NCBI GenBank assembly: GCA_027604505.1
Contig: JADIIX010000006.1
Location: forward strand, 186,001-250,000
Reading direction: 5' to 3'
Source of the DNA: Gonapodya sp. JEL0774
Taxonomy: Eukaryota
DNA: 64,000 bases
The notes beneath the pieces are model-generated. The model saw only the letters and a list, made by a program, of their open reading frames with translations, had not been told where the DNA came from and did not search any database. Below are positions 51,729 through 64,000 of this stretch, piece by piece. A program made the translations under genes and the position numbers. Numbering within the stretch: position 1 is the first letter of the stretch; each line of letters opens with the position of its first letter.

Positions 51729-52712
51729 TGGATGTGAGTGATGTGTTTGGCTTGCCGATGCATTTCTGTTGTTCCGCAGTGGCCACGGGTGATAACTTTC
51801 GCTCCCACCACCCTCCAACCTAGACAAATTTGGCATAGGCTTTGGAGCCTCCCTGTCAGTGGTTGTGTACGCCCGTGTAAGACCGAGTACCTGACCCTCG
51901 TGAATCTTGTATGCCGCTCCTTCTTCTCTGACGGCTTCCGCGAGAGCCTCTCTCACCCTACCAATCACAGTAAAACGAAAAAAAATCCTCATTGTATCAA
52001 TTAGATTTTACTACACTGGATCCGAAAGCCATCGCGCATATTTCATCGGGCAAATTCAAATGAAAGATACATCTTTGACAATGAAACCAACTTCATATGT
52101 TCAATTCCAACACCGAACCTCTACATCTGGGACCGCACCGGACTGTAAATTCCTATTCTGTGGAAGCCAGTCAATCCTGTGGGTTTCATACAAGCTGAGG
52201 AGCACTATCTGATTGCGGGTCAGGTTTTTCAGGTCTTGCCCCAGATTCACAACGATCACCTGTACACACAAGAAAACGCAGAATTCAATCACACGTGATT
52301 AGATGCTACTGAGTTTGCTGAGTTGTCTCGGAATACTCGCACATTGGAAAGCTCAATCAATGTGTAAGTTTAGGTGGGACAACCAACGACATCGGACCGT
52401 GATCAAAAGTCGAACGGCAAACGTACCTAACGAAAGTCGTCACGTTTATTATGGAGACGTGAACTGTGACGCAGACTTGTAAAATGCTTTGCGAAGTAGT
52501 TTGGTTATTAACTGCACACTTTGCCACTTTCATTCTTTTAACATGAACGATTAATAATACACTAATAGCTATGCTTTGGCATTGTGAGCACGATTCTCTC
52601 GTTGTATGAGCAAGCAACTGACCTTGCCAGAACTGTTGGATTTGGTGGAACTGTGGGGGGTTCCCCAAACGTTCTCCCCACCTCCCCCCAAAGCCAGATA
52701 GCAATCAAAGCA

Positions 52713-55700
52713 ATGGCACAAGTGCCACGCTCTCTCAATCCGTTTGAGGATGCTACTGCGGCAGAACACCCTTGGACAGTCAGGTGGGCACACCCCCATT
52801 TCAATGGCCAATCGAGCTAGCCGACGGCCGCTTCATTCACTGCCAACGCATGGCCATCCAATTTCACAAAACCTGACTACACATGCGCACTTGTGTTCGA
52901 TTGGAATGCTGATCTCGCAGGGACATTGGGGTGAATGCCATCTCAGGTGAGCAAATCAACTCTGCCTCAATGATTTGAGCTCAACTTTTTCTGCCAAACT
53001 CGTCTATGACGAACTTCCTACATCAGGCATAATGAATGACCCTGCGTCCCAATCAAAGGGATCTCAAAAGGCAACGAAACTTGAGGTCCCACCGATTCCT
53101 CCTACTGCAATTCGGAAAGTCCGCCTCGCCGAGTTCGATCCTTACCTTAAGGCGATTACCGATGTGTACGATAAGTATCAATTTAATAGGGCGATGGGGT
53201 TGGAGGGCACACCGTTGCTTGCGGCGGACTTGAGTGGAGAATCGGCGTCATACAAGAACTTATTGGACATTACAAAGGCGTTATCGCTGGATAGCTCTAG
53301 CCAGGAGGAGATTTCTGCAAATCTCGCAGTGCTCGATACAGCCCACAAGTCTCGCGTGAAACCATACATCAAAACCGTTCCCTCTGTTGACTCAGTCCCA
53401 TCAATCTTCTTCAGTGCCGAGTTTAGTCTGGAAGACCCGGAGACGTTTCGGGTAGTTACCGGTGTGAGCGGAGAGACCACTTATCCGCATGCCGATGACC
53501 GGAATCAATCAGATGATGGCGTGGGAGGTCTCTTCAGTAGTGCAGCGCTCCAGGAGAGTCTCTCACATCACCTTGATACGGTCGAAGTCCACCTGATTCG
53601 AGAAATATCCCGTCGTTCGTCGTCCTTTTTCTCCACTCTTGCAAACCTTCAAACCCTGCACTCCGAAACAGTGGAGTGTGTGAGGGAGATTACGGAGCTT
53701 CAGCAGAACCTCGGGGACATCTCCAAAGTCAGCTCCAGGCAAGGACTTGAAGTCGTTAGGCTGAAGCGACGAAGGGAGAATCTCGGATCCTTGCTTGCGG
53801 GCCTCAAGCTAATCAGTAATGTAAAGGAGGCACAACAGATCATTCAGATGCTCATTGACCAGGGTGATTATGGTGGTGCTTTGAACGTAATTGAGGAGAC
53901 AACTAGAGTTTTGGAAGGGACGCAACCCCATGGCAATTTGCTGGAAGAATCGTCACCGAACTCAGAAGAGGGAGATGAATCCTCAACAATTTCCAATCTT
54001 TGTTTGAGTGACATTGTCGCACTTAAAGTACAGCGAACAAAGCTCGTGGAGTCGGTGCGAGGGATATTTTCCGCAATGGAGTCTGCCGTCGTGAACATAC
54101 TTTTAACGGATATCCGTGACTTCGTCAAATCGGAGATGGGCAGGCTTGTTTCGCCTGGGAGTAAGGACAAGGATGCGCCCACCATACCCAAATTCTCCTC
54201 TTTACTAGAACACTCTCCCGCATCAGCTGATGCAAATGCGAAATACCATGATCAATTGGAGCAGCGCCTTTATCCCGCTGCAACTGGGTTGATGCGAATG
54301 GGGAAGTTCGGGTCCGCAATACAGGCATACAAGGAAGCAGTGATGAAAGAATTGAAGGTTTCGACGAAAAAGGTAGGTTGTCAGGTTGTGCGTTCGTATT
54401 TTGTATGTTTGAATGTGATTACTCTTCGATCTCATGCTTGGTTGGTCCCAGTTGTATCCCACAGCTTTTGAGAAGGCGGGCAAGGATAGAAGCAATGGCA
54501 ATCAAGGATCAATGAAGGAGAAGGAAAGAAAGCAGGCGTGAGTATTGGAACGCGCGGTGGCAATCGTACCCATAGTGCTGACCTTGTTTGCAATAGTGCT
54601 TTAGCGACGCAACTCCGGTCAATGACATTAGATGCATTTGCCGACCTTCTGATGCGGATATATAGTACCGTCCTTCTCACTCTCCATCGAGTGGCTCTTG
54701 GGCAGAGAGTTTTGCTGAGCCTCATCGCAGAAGCGCAAGCCCGCGGAACAACAGTGCAAGAAAGTATTGCAGGTTTTGGCTCATATGAAGGGTTGGGAGA
54801 CTTGGAAGGATCCTCGTATCACCCCAGGGGAAGGTCTGCGGATGATGAGGACGATGACCTCGATGATCCGGTGGTTCGAGCAACTGGTTCCGTTTCAGGA
54901 ATTGGAGCGGAGAAAGCCAGTGCGTCGAATAGACATACATTGAGTGGAGGAAATATGTCTAATGCCTCTCAGGGTAGAGCGATGTCATCATATTCACAGG
55001 AAGCATATCAGGCTTTCGTGTCTGAGACCAAGGAACTTTGTGGACTTGTTACGGACTACGCCCACATGCGCGTTGCGAAGCTCCTTGGAATCCGATCAGA
55101 TCAGAACACCAAACTTAACGGGAAAGATTTTTTCCGACTCTTCGGTGCGACGTGGGAATTTGTGGCAGTAGGAGAGCAACTCTGCGGTAGAATGTGCTTC
55201 GGTCTAAAAGGGACTATTATGTCCCAGGCTAAGTCTTTCCTTCACAATTTTCACGACGAAAAGATGAAGCAGACTGCGACATTAATAGAGAACGAACCAT
55301 GGGCTCAATCTCCCGTGCCAGTTGATTTTCAGCACATTACTGACAAGTTGGTTGATGCTGGATCGGAGTCTGTCGCAAGGGTTGGCGCCGACATCCGGGC
55401 GTCAATGGACATTGCAGATGTCCAGGACATCGGAGACGAAGACGAGGAGGATGGGCGGAGTCCTGAAGAAGGGGGAGTGTCGAAGGGGTCGGAAGGCACA
55501 GCCACCAGCAAGTTCCTGCTGGTCCGGAAGCAGCGATTTTATATCGTTGGCTGCGTGTTGATTTTTATCCGGAACCTTTCCGGTTACGAGGAAAGCGTAC
55601 AACATATTCCGAGTTTAGGCACCGACGCACTACAATCTATACTGGAAATTATCACCGTAAGGCCGCATCAATTTAATTTCGGGGATGAAAATAAGCATCG

Positions 55701-56834
55701 CTTCATTTTTCCTGGATGAAAACTTCCAAAATCATTCTATTAGTTGTTCAACTCCCGAATGTGTCAAGTTATTTTGGGAGCGGGAGCTGTTGCGTCTGTA
55801 GGATTGAAGACCATCACAGCGAAGCATTTAGGTTCGTATATCGCTGATATTCGTTTTGCGGTCGACAACTGGATTGACAGTGTCACTGTGTCAGCGCTTG
55901 CATCTCAATCGCTTGCCGTTGTAATTGCATTGATTCCGTATTTGAAGCTCTTTTTCCAAAATCATCTTTCCAACAAACAGTATCCATTACTGGGGGATTT
56001 TGACAAAAAGATAAAGGTTTGTTCGTCCGTTCGACCTATCTTGTGCGATTTGATGAGTGATTGTCTTCTGTTTCAAGGACCTGCAAGATCACCAGATTCA
56101 AATTCATCAAAAGCTTGTGTCCATCATGAACGAGCGCCTTGTGGTCCATAGGCGCATACTTCAAAACACTAATTGGGATGATTGGTCGTCGACTCCCGGC
56201 TCTGAGGACTCCAGTAAACCCAGTAACTACATGCAGGCTCTCGTAAAAGATTTGATGACTTTGCACAAAGTCCTTTCCAAATACCTCCAAGCAGAGACGT
56301 TGAAGGTGCGAGCTTGTATCCTCCATGTCTTTCCCGCTCACCAGATGCTGATATGACCAGGCCAACAGAATGTGTTCGCTGAAGTGTTTCGCTCTTATTG
56401 TACGAAACTAGAAGAGGACTTGAAGAAACTAGACATATACTCAAGCGTCGGTAAAAATAGGTGCGCACTGACACAATGATCCTCGTCGCCATTCTAATTT
56501 GGTATAACGTTGTCCATTGGGAAGACTCCTGATCGATGTGCAGTACTTCATCCAACAATTATCTTCGTTGGAAGGTGTCGACGGTCCTGGAAATCACCTT
56601 GAGGTTGTGGTAAACAACATCAAGATCAAGGAGAAGAAGCAATCGGGTTCACCCTCACCAGTTCTCCCTTCCACGAACCCTGCTGGACCAACACCAGCCC
56701 GATCAGTCACCCCTTCAGCAACGCCCTTAACATCACAAGCTGGATCCACAATCGCAAGTGCAAGCGCTAACAACTTAGGGTCTAGATTCCGCTCGCTCCT
56801 GAGCAATAGCACTCACACTCCCACGAAGCAGTGA
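52713..56834 (+). CDS. VPS54: GARP complex subunit Vps54
   Basis: LQESLSHHLDTVEVHLIREISRRSSSFF; FHDEK....LIENEPW; FNSRMCQVILGAGA..SVGLKTITAKHLALASQSL; HQIQIHQKLVSIM; LHKVLSKYL. Confidence 0.93.
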
Positions 56835-56867
56835 CAGTATTGTATAATACATACATCTTTGTAGATA

Positions 56868-59738
56868 TTAATCATCAAATATTAGTCCATTTGCAGCTGG
56901 AATGGAGATAGTTAGACCACGTCGCCATTCTTCCATCGTAACTTTCAGTAGCGTTTGAGAACTGAGAGAATCCACAGGCATTTTTGGTATCAGACTACGC
57001 TCTATGAGCTCCCATAATTTTCGAAACTGGCTTTTGAATGTTCGATGTAGCTCCTGCCCAGCAATCTCCAAGAATGAGAGCACCAACAACGGGGTGATTC
57101 TCTGTGGTGGCATATTCAAAATGCGTGCGCACCACGTCCAGCCATGTCCAAGATCATAGACATTGTTTAAGCTTTCACCAGGTAAGTTTTGGATGAGGGC
57201 TACAAACAGTGACAATGCGTGAGGAGAACATCCCGTACAGAAAAGTTTGGCATGACTTGAAGGCACAAACCAGCATACAGGGCTAGCATTCCACACATTC
57301 GTTCTTCGTACAGAGCAACTGTTTCAAAGGCATTCTCGTCATCATCATATTTGACGAGTGCCCGCTTCTTGTAGTCATTCTCAGTTTCCCCCTGTCGAGC
57401 GAGAAACTTAAACGAACCACAAATGAGCTTTATCAGACTAAAGACTCACACTTTTGCGAATGATGTACTTTGGTAGGGCAAAGGGACACTTTTTCACAAT
57501 CCGACCAATAAGGATGCTGATAAATTCGGGGAACGCGACGAACACGCCCTGGCAGACTCGGGCCAATGGAAAAGCCTTTGACCGAGCTGTTCTTACCGCA
57601 ATTTCCTTCTCCGCTTGAGACTAATTCAGAAGCATAACGATAAAATGCAGGTCACAATATAATCCCCCTACGTACTCACGACAATCTTTTTCGAAGCCGC
57701 GTCCAGTACCCATTCATAAGCCGCAGGGCTTCGCTGCTTCGCCGAATCAATTATTTTTAAAAGTTTGCTTTTCTGGGATCGGGTAAACGGTGTTACAACA
57801 CGAGTGAGTTCACACTGACTCATCGACACAAAATGAACTATCGACCCACGATACGAGAAACTTGTTCCCTAGAGTTTGTCACTTGGCCGACCAAGCGAGT
57901 AATTTCCATCTTCTGTTCGTTGAGCCAAGATTTCAATGTCCGATCAGATTGGACTTGTGGGCGAATGACAGTTTTAATCCGCTAGGCACAAGGAGAGACG
58001 TCACATGGACATTTACGGATGTTAGCCAGGAGTATTCATCGCCTCACCTGCAGTAACGCCCGATATTCGGCTTCTCTTGCTGCAGCTGCTCGGGAAACTA
58101 ACTCCCCGTCGATATTTTCCTACACGTAAGTGAAGTCAAGCTTAATGATTGTGCGAGATGCGCCATTCCCTGGGACGCTCCTTACCAGAAGCATCGTGCG
58201 CGGGCTATCCGCACTCAGCACCCCCACGCCAGCGCCGCCACCGACAAGTGACACAGTGCTTACACTCTCTGTTTGCCTTGCCCCTTCCTCCACGACTCGC
58301 CTTCTTTCCAACTCGACTCGCCGTTTGTGCTCTTCCTCTTGTTGCTTCATCGCGTCCTCTTTCTTTCGGGCTTCTTCTTCCTTCGCAGCAGTCAATTCTG
58401 CGACTTTCTTCCTCCTCCTCTCTTGGTTTTCCAATGATTCCTCCCTCTTTCTTCTCTCCAACGCCTCGATAGCCTCAACCTGGGCACGCCGGACTTCTTC
58501 CGCACGAGCAACAGCCGTTGCTTCCTCTGCTTCAGCGCGCAAGAGAGCTGCATGAGCGAGTTCAGTAGCGCGGCGGATAGTGTCATGAACTGTCTGGAAG
58601 ATTTTGGGTAGGGTGGGTGGGGGGGAAGTGGGGTGGGGGAAGCGGAGACGGCGGGGGAAGAGGTTCAAAATGAAGCACGGGTACGACGTAGATTCGCACA
58701 AGGCGCACCTTTTCTACTTCACGATTGCGAGTTTCGGATTTGATCCGAGCTTCTTTCAAGCGGGAGGTGCTAAGAAGGATTCAGGAACTTAGCTCGAAGG
58801 AAAGCATCCGAACAACATACGAATACAAAAGTATGCTCGATAAGTGATCCGGGAGGACGTCACCGAAGGCCCTAACCTTGCAGCTTCTACAGAAGGCATC
58901 CATTTGTCGGCTCGTCCCTCTTACTCATCAGCGGGAATAGAAAGACACCTTTTCCGACTACAAGTCCCTTTTCAAGGGATAATAAACCTGTCTTTGTAAA
59001 CATTAATGAACACTCACATCTGGGCTTCTAGAGATTCAGAACTTCTTTCGGTTACTTGTCGACGGAGCTGTTCCTGTAGCGGCGAAGTTTTGCTCGTTGT
59101 GGTGACCCATGAGCTTGAAACACGTCTTGGTGGCGTACTGAGTTCCGATCTCTCTTTGGACGCGGCAATCTGAGCATCGGTGCCGAAAGGCGGAGGTTTG
59201 ACAAGATTTGCATTAAAAAGATATCAAGTGCGAAAAGGATCACGGGTACTTCAATGCTAAGATGGACACCTGCGCAGCTGATTCGATCTCGGTTGAAAGG
59301 ATATCGATAGGATCTGCGGATTGGGGTTGAGACTGGCTCAATTGGGGAGCCATCTAAACTTTTCCCTCCCATAATTTCCAAGCATCAGCTCACTAACTAC
59401 CTTTCCAGTTTGAATGATGTCCAGGAGGAATCGCGTTTGGGGAAGGGGGAGGAGCAATCACGGAAGGGAAGTCATGACTTAAGGAAAGGGACTTGCGAGG
59501 CGTAGACCGTGAACGTCGTGAAGCTTTTCCGAAGACAAATAGAAAGAGAACGAGCGGCATGTTAAAAGGTTATAATTGGTCAACTGATCCATCAGTTGGG
59601 CACCATTCTACACCGAACCTCTTCAAACTCACTATTTCCCTCCTGTGAAGACGGCTGATCCACAGAATCGAAGTCTGTAGAAGTGAACGTATAGGGTGCG
59701 ATTGGTGATTTGGGGGAACTAAAAGGGAATGGAGGCAT
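56868..59738 (-). CDS. GLE1: mRNA export factor Gle1
   Basis: Charged coiled coil, then GLE1 domain: YEERMCGMLALYAALIQ and GHGWTWCARILNMPP..ITP..VLSFLEIAG. N-terminal exons approximate. Confidence 0.88.
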
Positions 59739-59797
59739 TACTGCTCCATGTTTGATGACGCTTCATGCTCCCAGGTCGGACCAATATGTGAACACCC

Positions 59798-60986
59798 TCA
59801 CGTTCCCCGAACGGTCAATTGATTTGGCTCCGCCACTGACACGAAGGAATGAATAAGATACTCAGAACTGCCATCGGCATTTGGTGCTTCCTCCAGATGC
59901 TCCAGATATGTGCCAGTATCACGGTTAGCCACCGACTGTCTGAATCTGCGAACCAAATGTGATTGCTGATGCTTCTCGGATGAATCTTTCATCATAACTC
60001 TGCCGAATCAAGATATCCATTTATTACAAGTAAGATTGGTACTTGAATCGACCAGCTGTGGCTGAATTCTCTGCAGAATCCAATGGTGATGGTACTCTTC
60101 TGAATGAACTGAAACACAACCCGAATACACCTCAATGAAACCGGTCTCCAATATAACTGTCATTTGTCGCATGTCCCGTGTCCGCACTCACTCTGGACAA
60201 GTGACATCCTTGGTCTCCTATCCTGTTGCGAGATGGTCTTCCCTCTCTTGGTCACCCTCGCTGTTCTCAGATACACTAGAGACGACATCGAAAAGAAAAT
60301 GTGTCACTGCTGCTTGCAGGCCAGATCAACCATTATTGTGTGGAGTAGGTGTTCATCCGGCAACGCAACGGAATAATGATTTCTTGATGCTTCGATTCTC
60401 GGACCAACACGAATGCGTTCGTATCTGCCCAATGAAGTCGTTTGGGGAGTGATTTCATGTTTCGCGAAGTGAGTGATTGTATCCTCTGGAGTTCCCAATT
60501 GTGTCGTAGTATGCTCGCTCATCACCTCGCTTCTTTTCTTAATTCACGTACCAAACGTTGACGACTTCCCCGTTTGCCAGTATCGTAAACACACTATACC
60601 GCGCCCAATTGATCCCGATGTCGTGGACAAACTCCTCTCAGTGGAAGTGGCTGTTCGGGTCCTCTCTATCCCTAGGTACTTTTAGAATTTACCCAAATAT
60701 TGCGGTGAGAATGGTCCTATTAACCTTTCGGTAATCTATGAACTGAATGACTTATCTGTGGGATGTTTCCAGGGCTGCATAACGCAAGGGGTCGGGGTTA
60801 TCCTGGGGGCAATCGCACTTTGGTCCGTGAAGAATGATGAAGATGGAGGTGCAAAATATGGTTTCGCTTGATTAAATGCATGTCTGCCTTTAATACAACA
60901 TTTCTCGACAATGGTGCGTGCACATCAGCTGGCAACGCCGGCCGAGTCCCCTTGAACCAGTTCCTTGAGACTCTATCACAAAACAT
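59798..60986 (-). other. Possible spliced hypothetical gene or non-coding transcript (unresolved)
   Basis: Several minus-strand GT..AG pairs bound open segments (e.g. EDTITHFAKHEITPQ..., SFRRVPSPLDSAEN...VMMKDSSEKH). I could not build one consistent model and recognise no family. Confidence 0.3.
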
Positions 60987-61044
60987 GGTACGCAGCGAAA
61001 CGGAATCAGGCCATAGCTTTGAATTTCCTCGAGTTCTTCACCTC

Positions 61045-63156
<2,112 letters not shown>

Positions 63157-63321
63157 CACTGATGTAGAATAGTTTAACATGCAAATACCCTAATGATTGC
63201 AATACAGTACTTAAACCGTTGTTAAGGAATTCAAATTATACGGTACAGTTGGAGTAAAGATAAATCGGGCGAATCGCTTATATTCATCCCTCTCATAACA
63301 TCTTCGTTGGAACATTTGATC

Positions 63322-64000
63322 ATGGACACGAAAGGAAAGAGACCTCTGAGGGAACTGGGAGATGACGATGATCACGGTCCCAACTCAAACAAGAGGAAAA
63401 AGGTACATTTTGATGAGGTTACAGAGGTGCGCAAGTTTTCGGGGGAATCTGAGGAACCCGACGACGCTGAAGAAGAGGACTTGGAGCTAGGTTTGTTGCG
63501 AATCGCCTCGTACATGCTGGGATCTTGATTTGCTTACTTGTTTGCTCTGTAGCTCCAAAGCGCAGGAAGGCGGTGCGACTAGGTAAGTCGGTTCCAATTT
63601 TTTTAACACGCAACAATGTCCCGCACTACACTTTCTGTATAGAGGGCTACGACTCCGATGACGATACTCCGGCTCTTGCGGCCGGGATGGGAGACGACGA
63701 TGACGACCTTTTTGGCGACGATACGAAGAGTTCGAAGAAAGCTAAACGGAAGTTCGAATCAAAGTCAAAAAAGGAAGTCAAATTCATGCAAAAAGAGGAC
63801 ATTGAAGGTCAGGAGTGGGAGAACGGCGAAGACGACGACGAGTACGACGAGGGAGGCGTGAAGATTGAACCTTTCAACATGGATGACGAGCTTCAAAATG
63901 GGTGAGCAGAACGATATTGAGATGCAGACAATCACAATGATATGGTTTTCAAGCTTAACATGACGAATATCAGAGCCTTTGACGAGTCGGGCATGTACAT
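63322..64000 (+). CDS. LIN1: U5 snRNP protein Lin1/Snu40 (CD2BP2), 5' part
   Basis: KRRKAVRLEGYDSDDD; DDDLFGDD; KFMQKEDIEGQE; KIEPFNMDDELQNG|AFDESGMY. Runs off window end. Confidence 0.82.

Noticed and set aside
58870..58877. CCCTAACC as a telomerase template or interstitial telomere
   Set aside because: It is the reverse complement of a probable GLE1 splice donor (G|GTTAGGG) and occurs once.
60555..60675. Selenocysteine UGA in a minus-strand frame
   Set aside because: No redox motif or known selenoprotein family, no SECIS seen, and another frame is open and splices onward.

Overview
Gene-dense, intron-rich nuclear DNA from a eukaryote. Chitin-synthase chaperone Chs7, a Pbs2-type MAPKK and a Cdc11-type septin occur together with flagellar genes (TMEM216, CLUAP1/IFT38, NME7). 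This points to a zoosporic, early-diverging fungus (chytrid or monoblepharid-like; inference). By manual splicing I recover about 24 protein-coding genes, in order: TERT (-, runs off the window start), FATP/Fat1, RAD26/CSB, KIAA0930/DUF2045, ARPC4, Mba1/mL45, bL32m, BRE1, TMEM216, CLUAP1, NCL1/NSUN2, an atypical Rab-like GTPase, a hypothetical protein, NME7, PBS2, an F-box/WD40/UIM protein, CDC11 septin, SEC61A, CHS7, NXT1, VPS54, GLE1, RVB2 and LIN1/CD2BP2 (runs off the window end). Mba1 and TMEM216 are not recognisable in the ORF track. I found no transposon, CRISPR array, tRNA or rRNA. The most notable items are: a 107-bp tandem array that is the last exon of TMEM216; a ~10 kb cluster of ciliary genes containing a degenerate orphan GTPase; a C/D-box snoRNA candidate in a long ARPC4 intron; an snRNA-shaped structured RNA candidate; GC-AG introns and microexons; and very tightly packed convergent gene pairs. 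I found no clear-cut novel multi-gene system. Gene boundaries are hand-derived and start codons are approximate.
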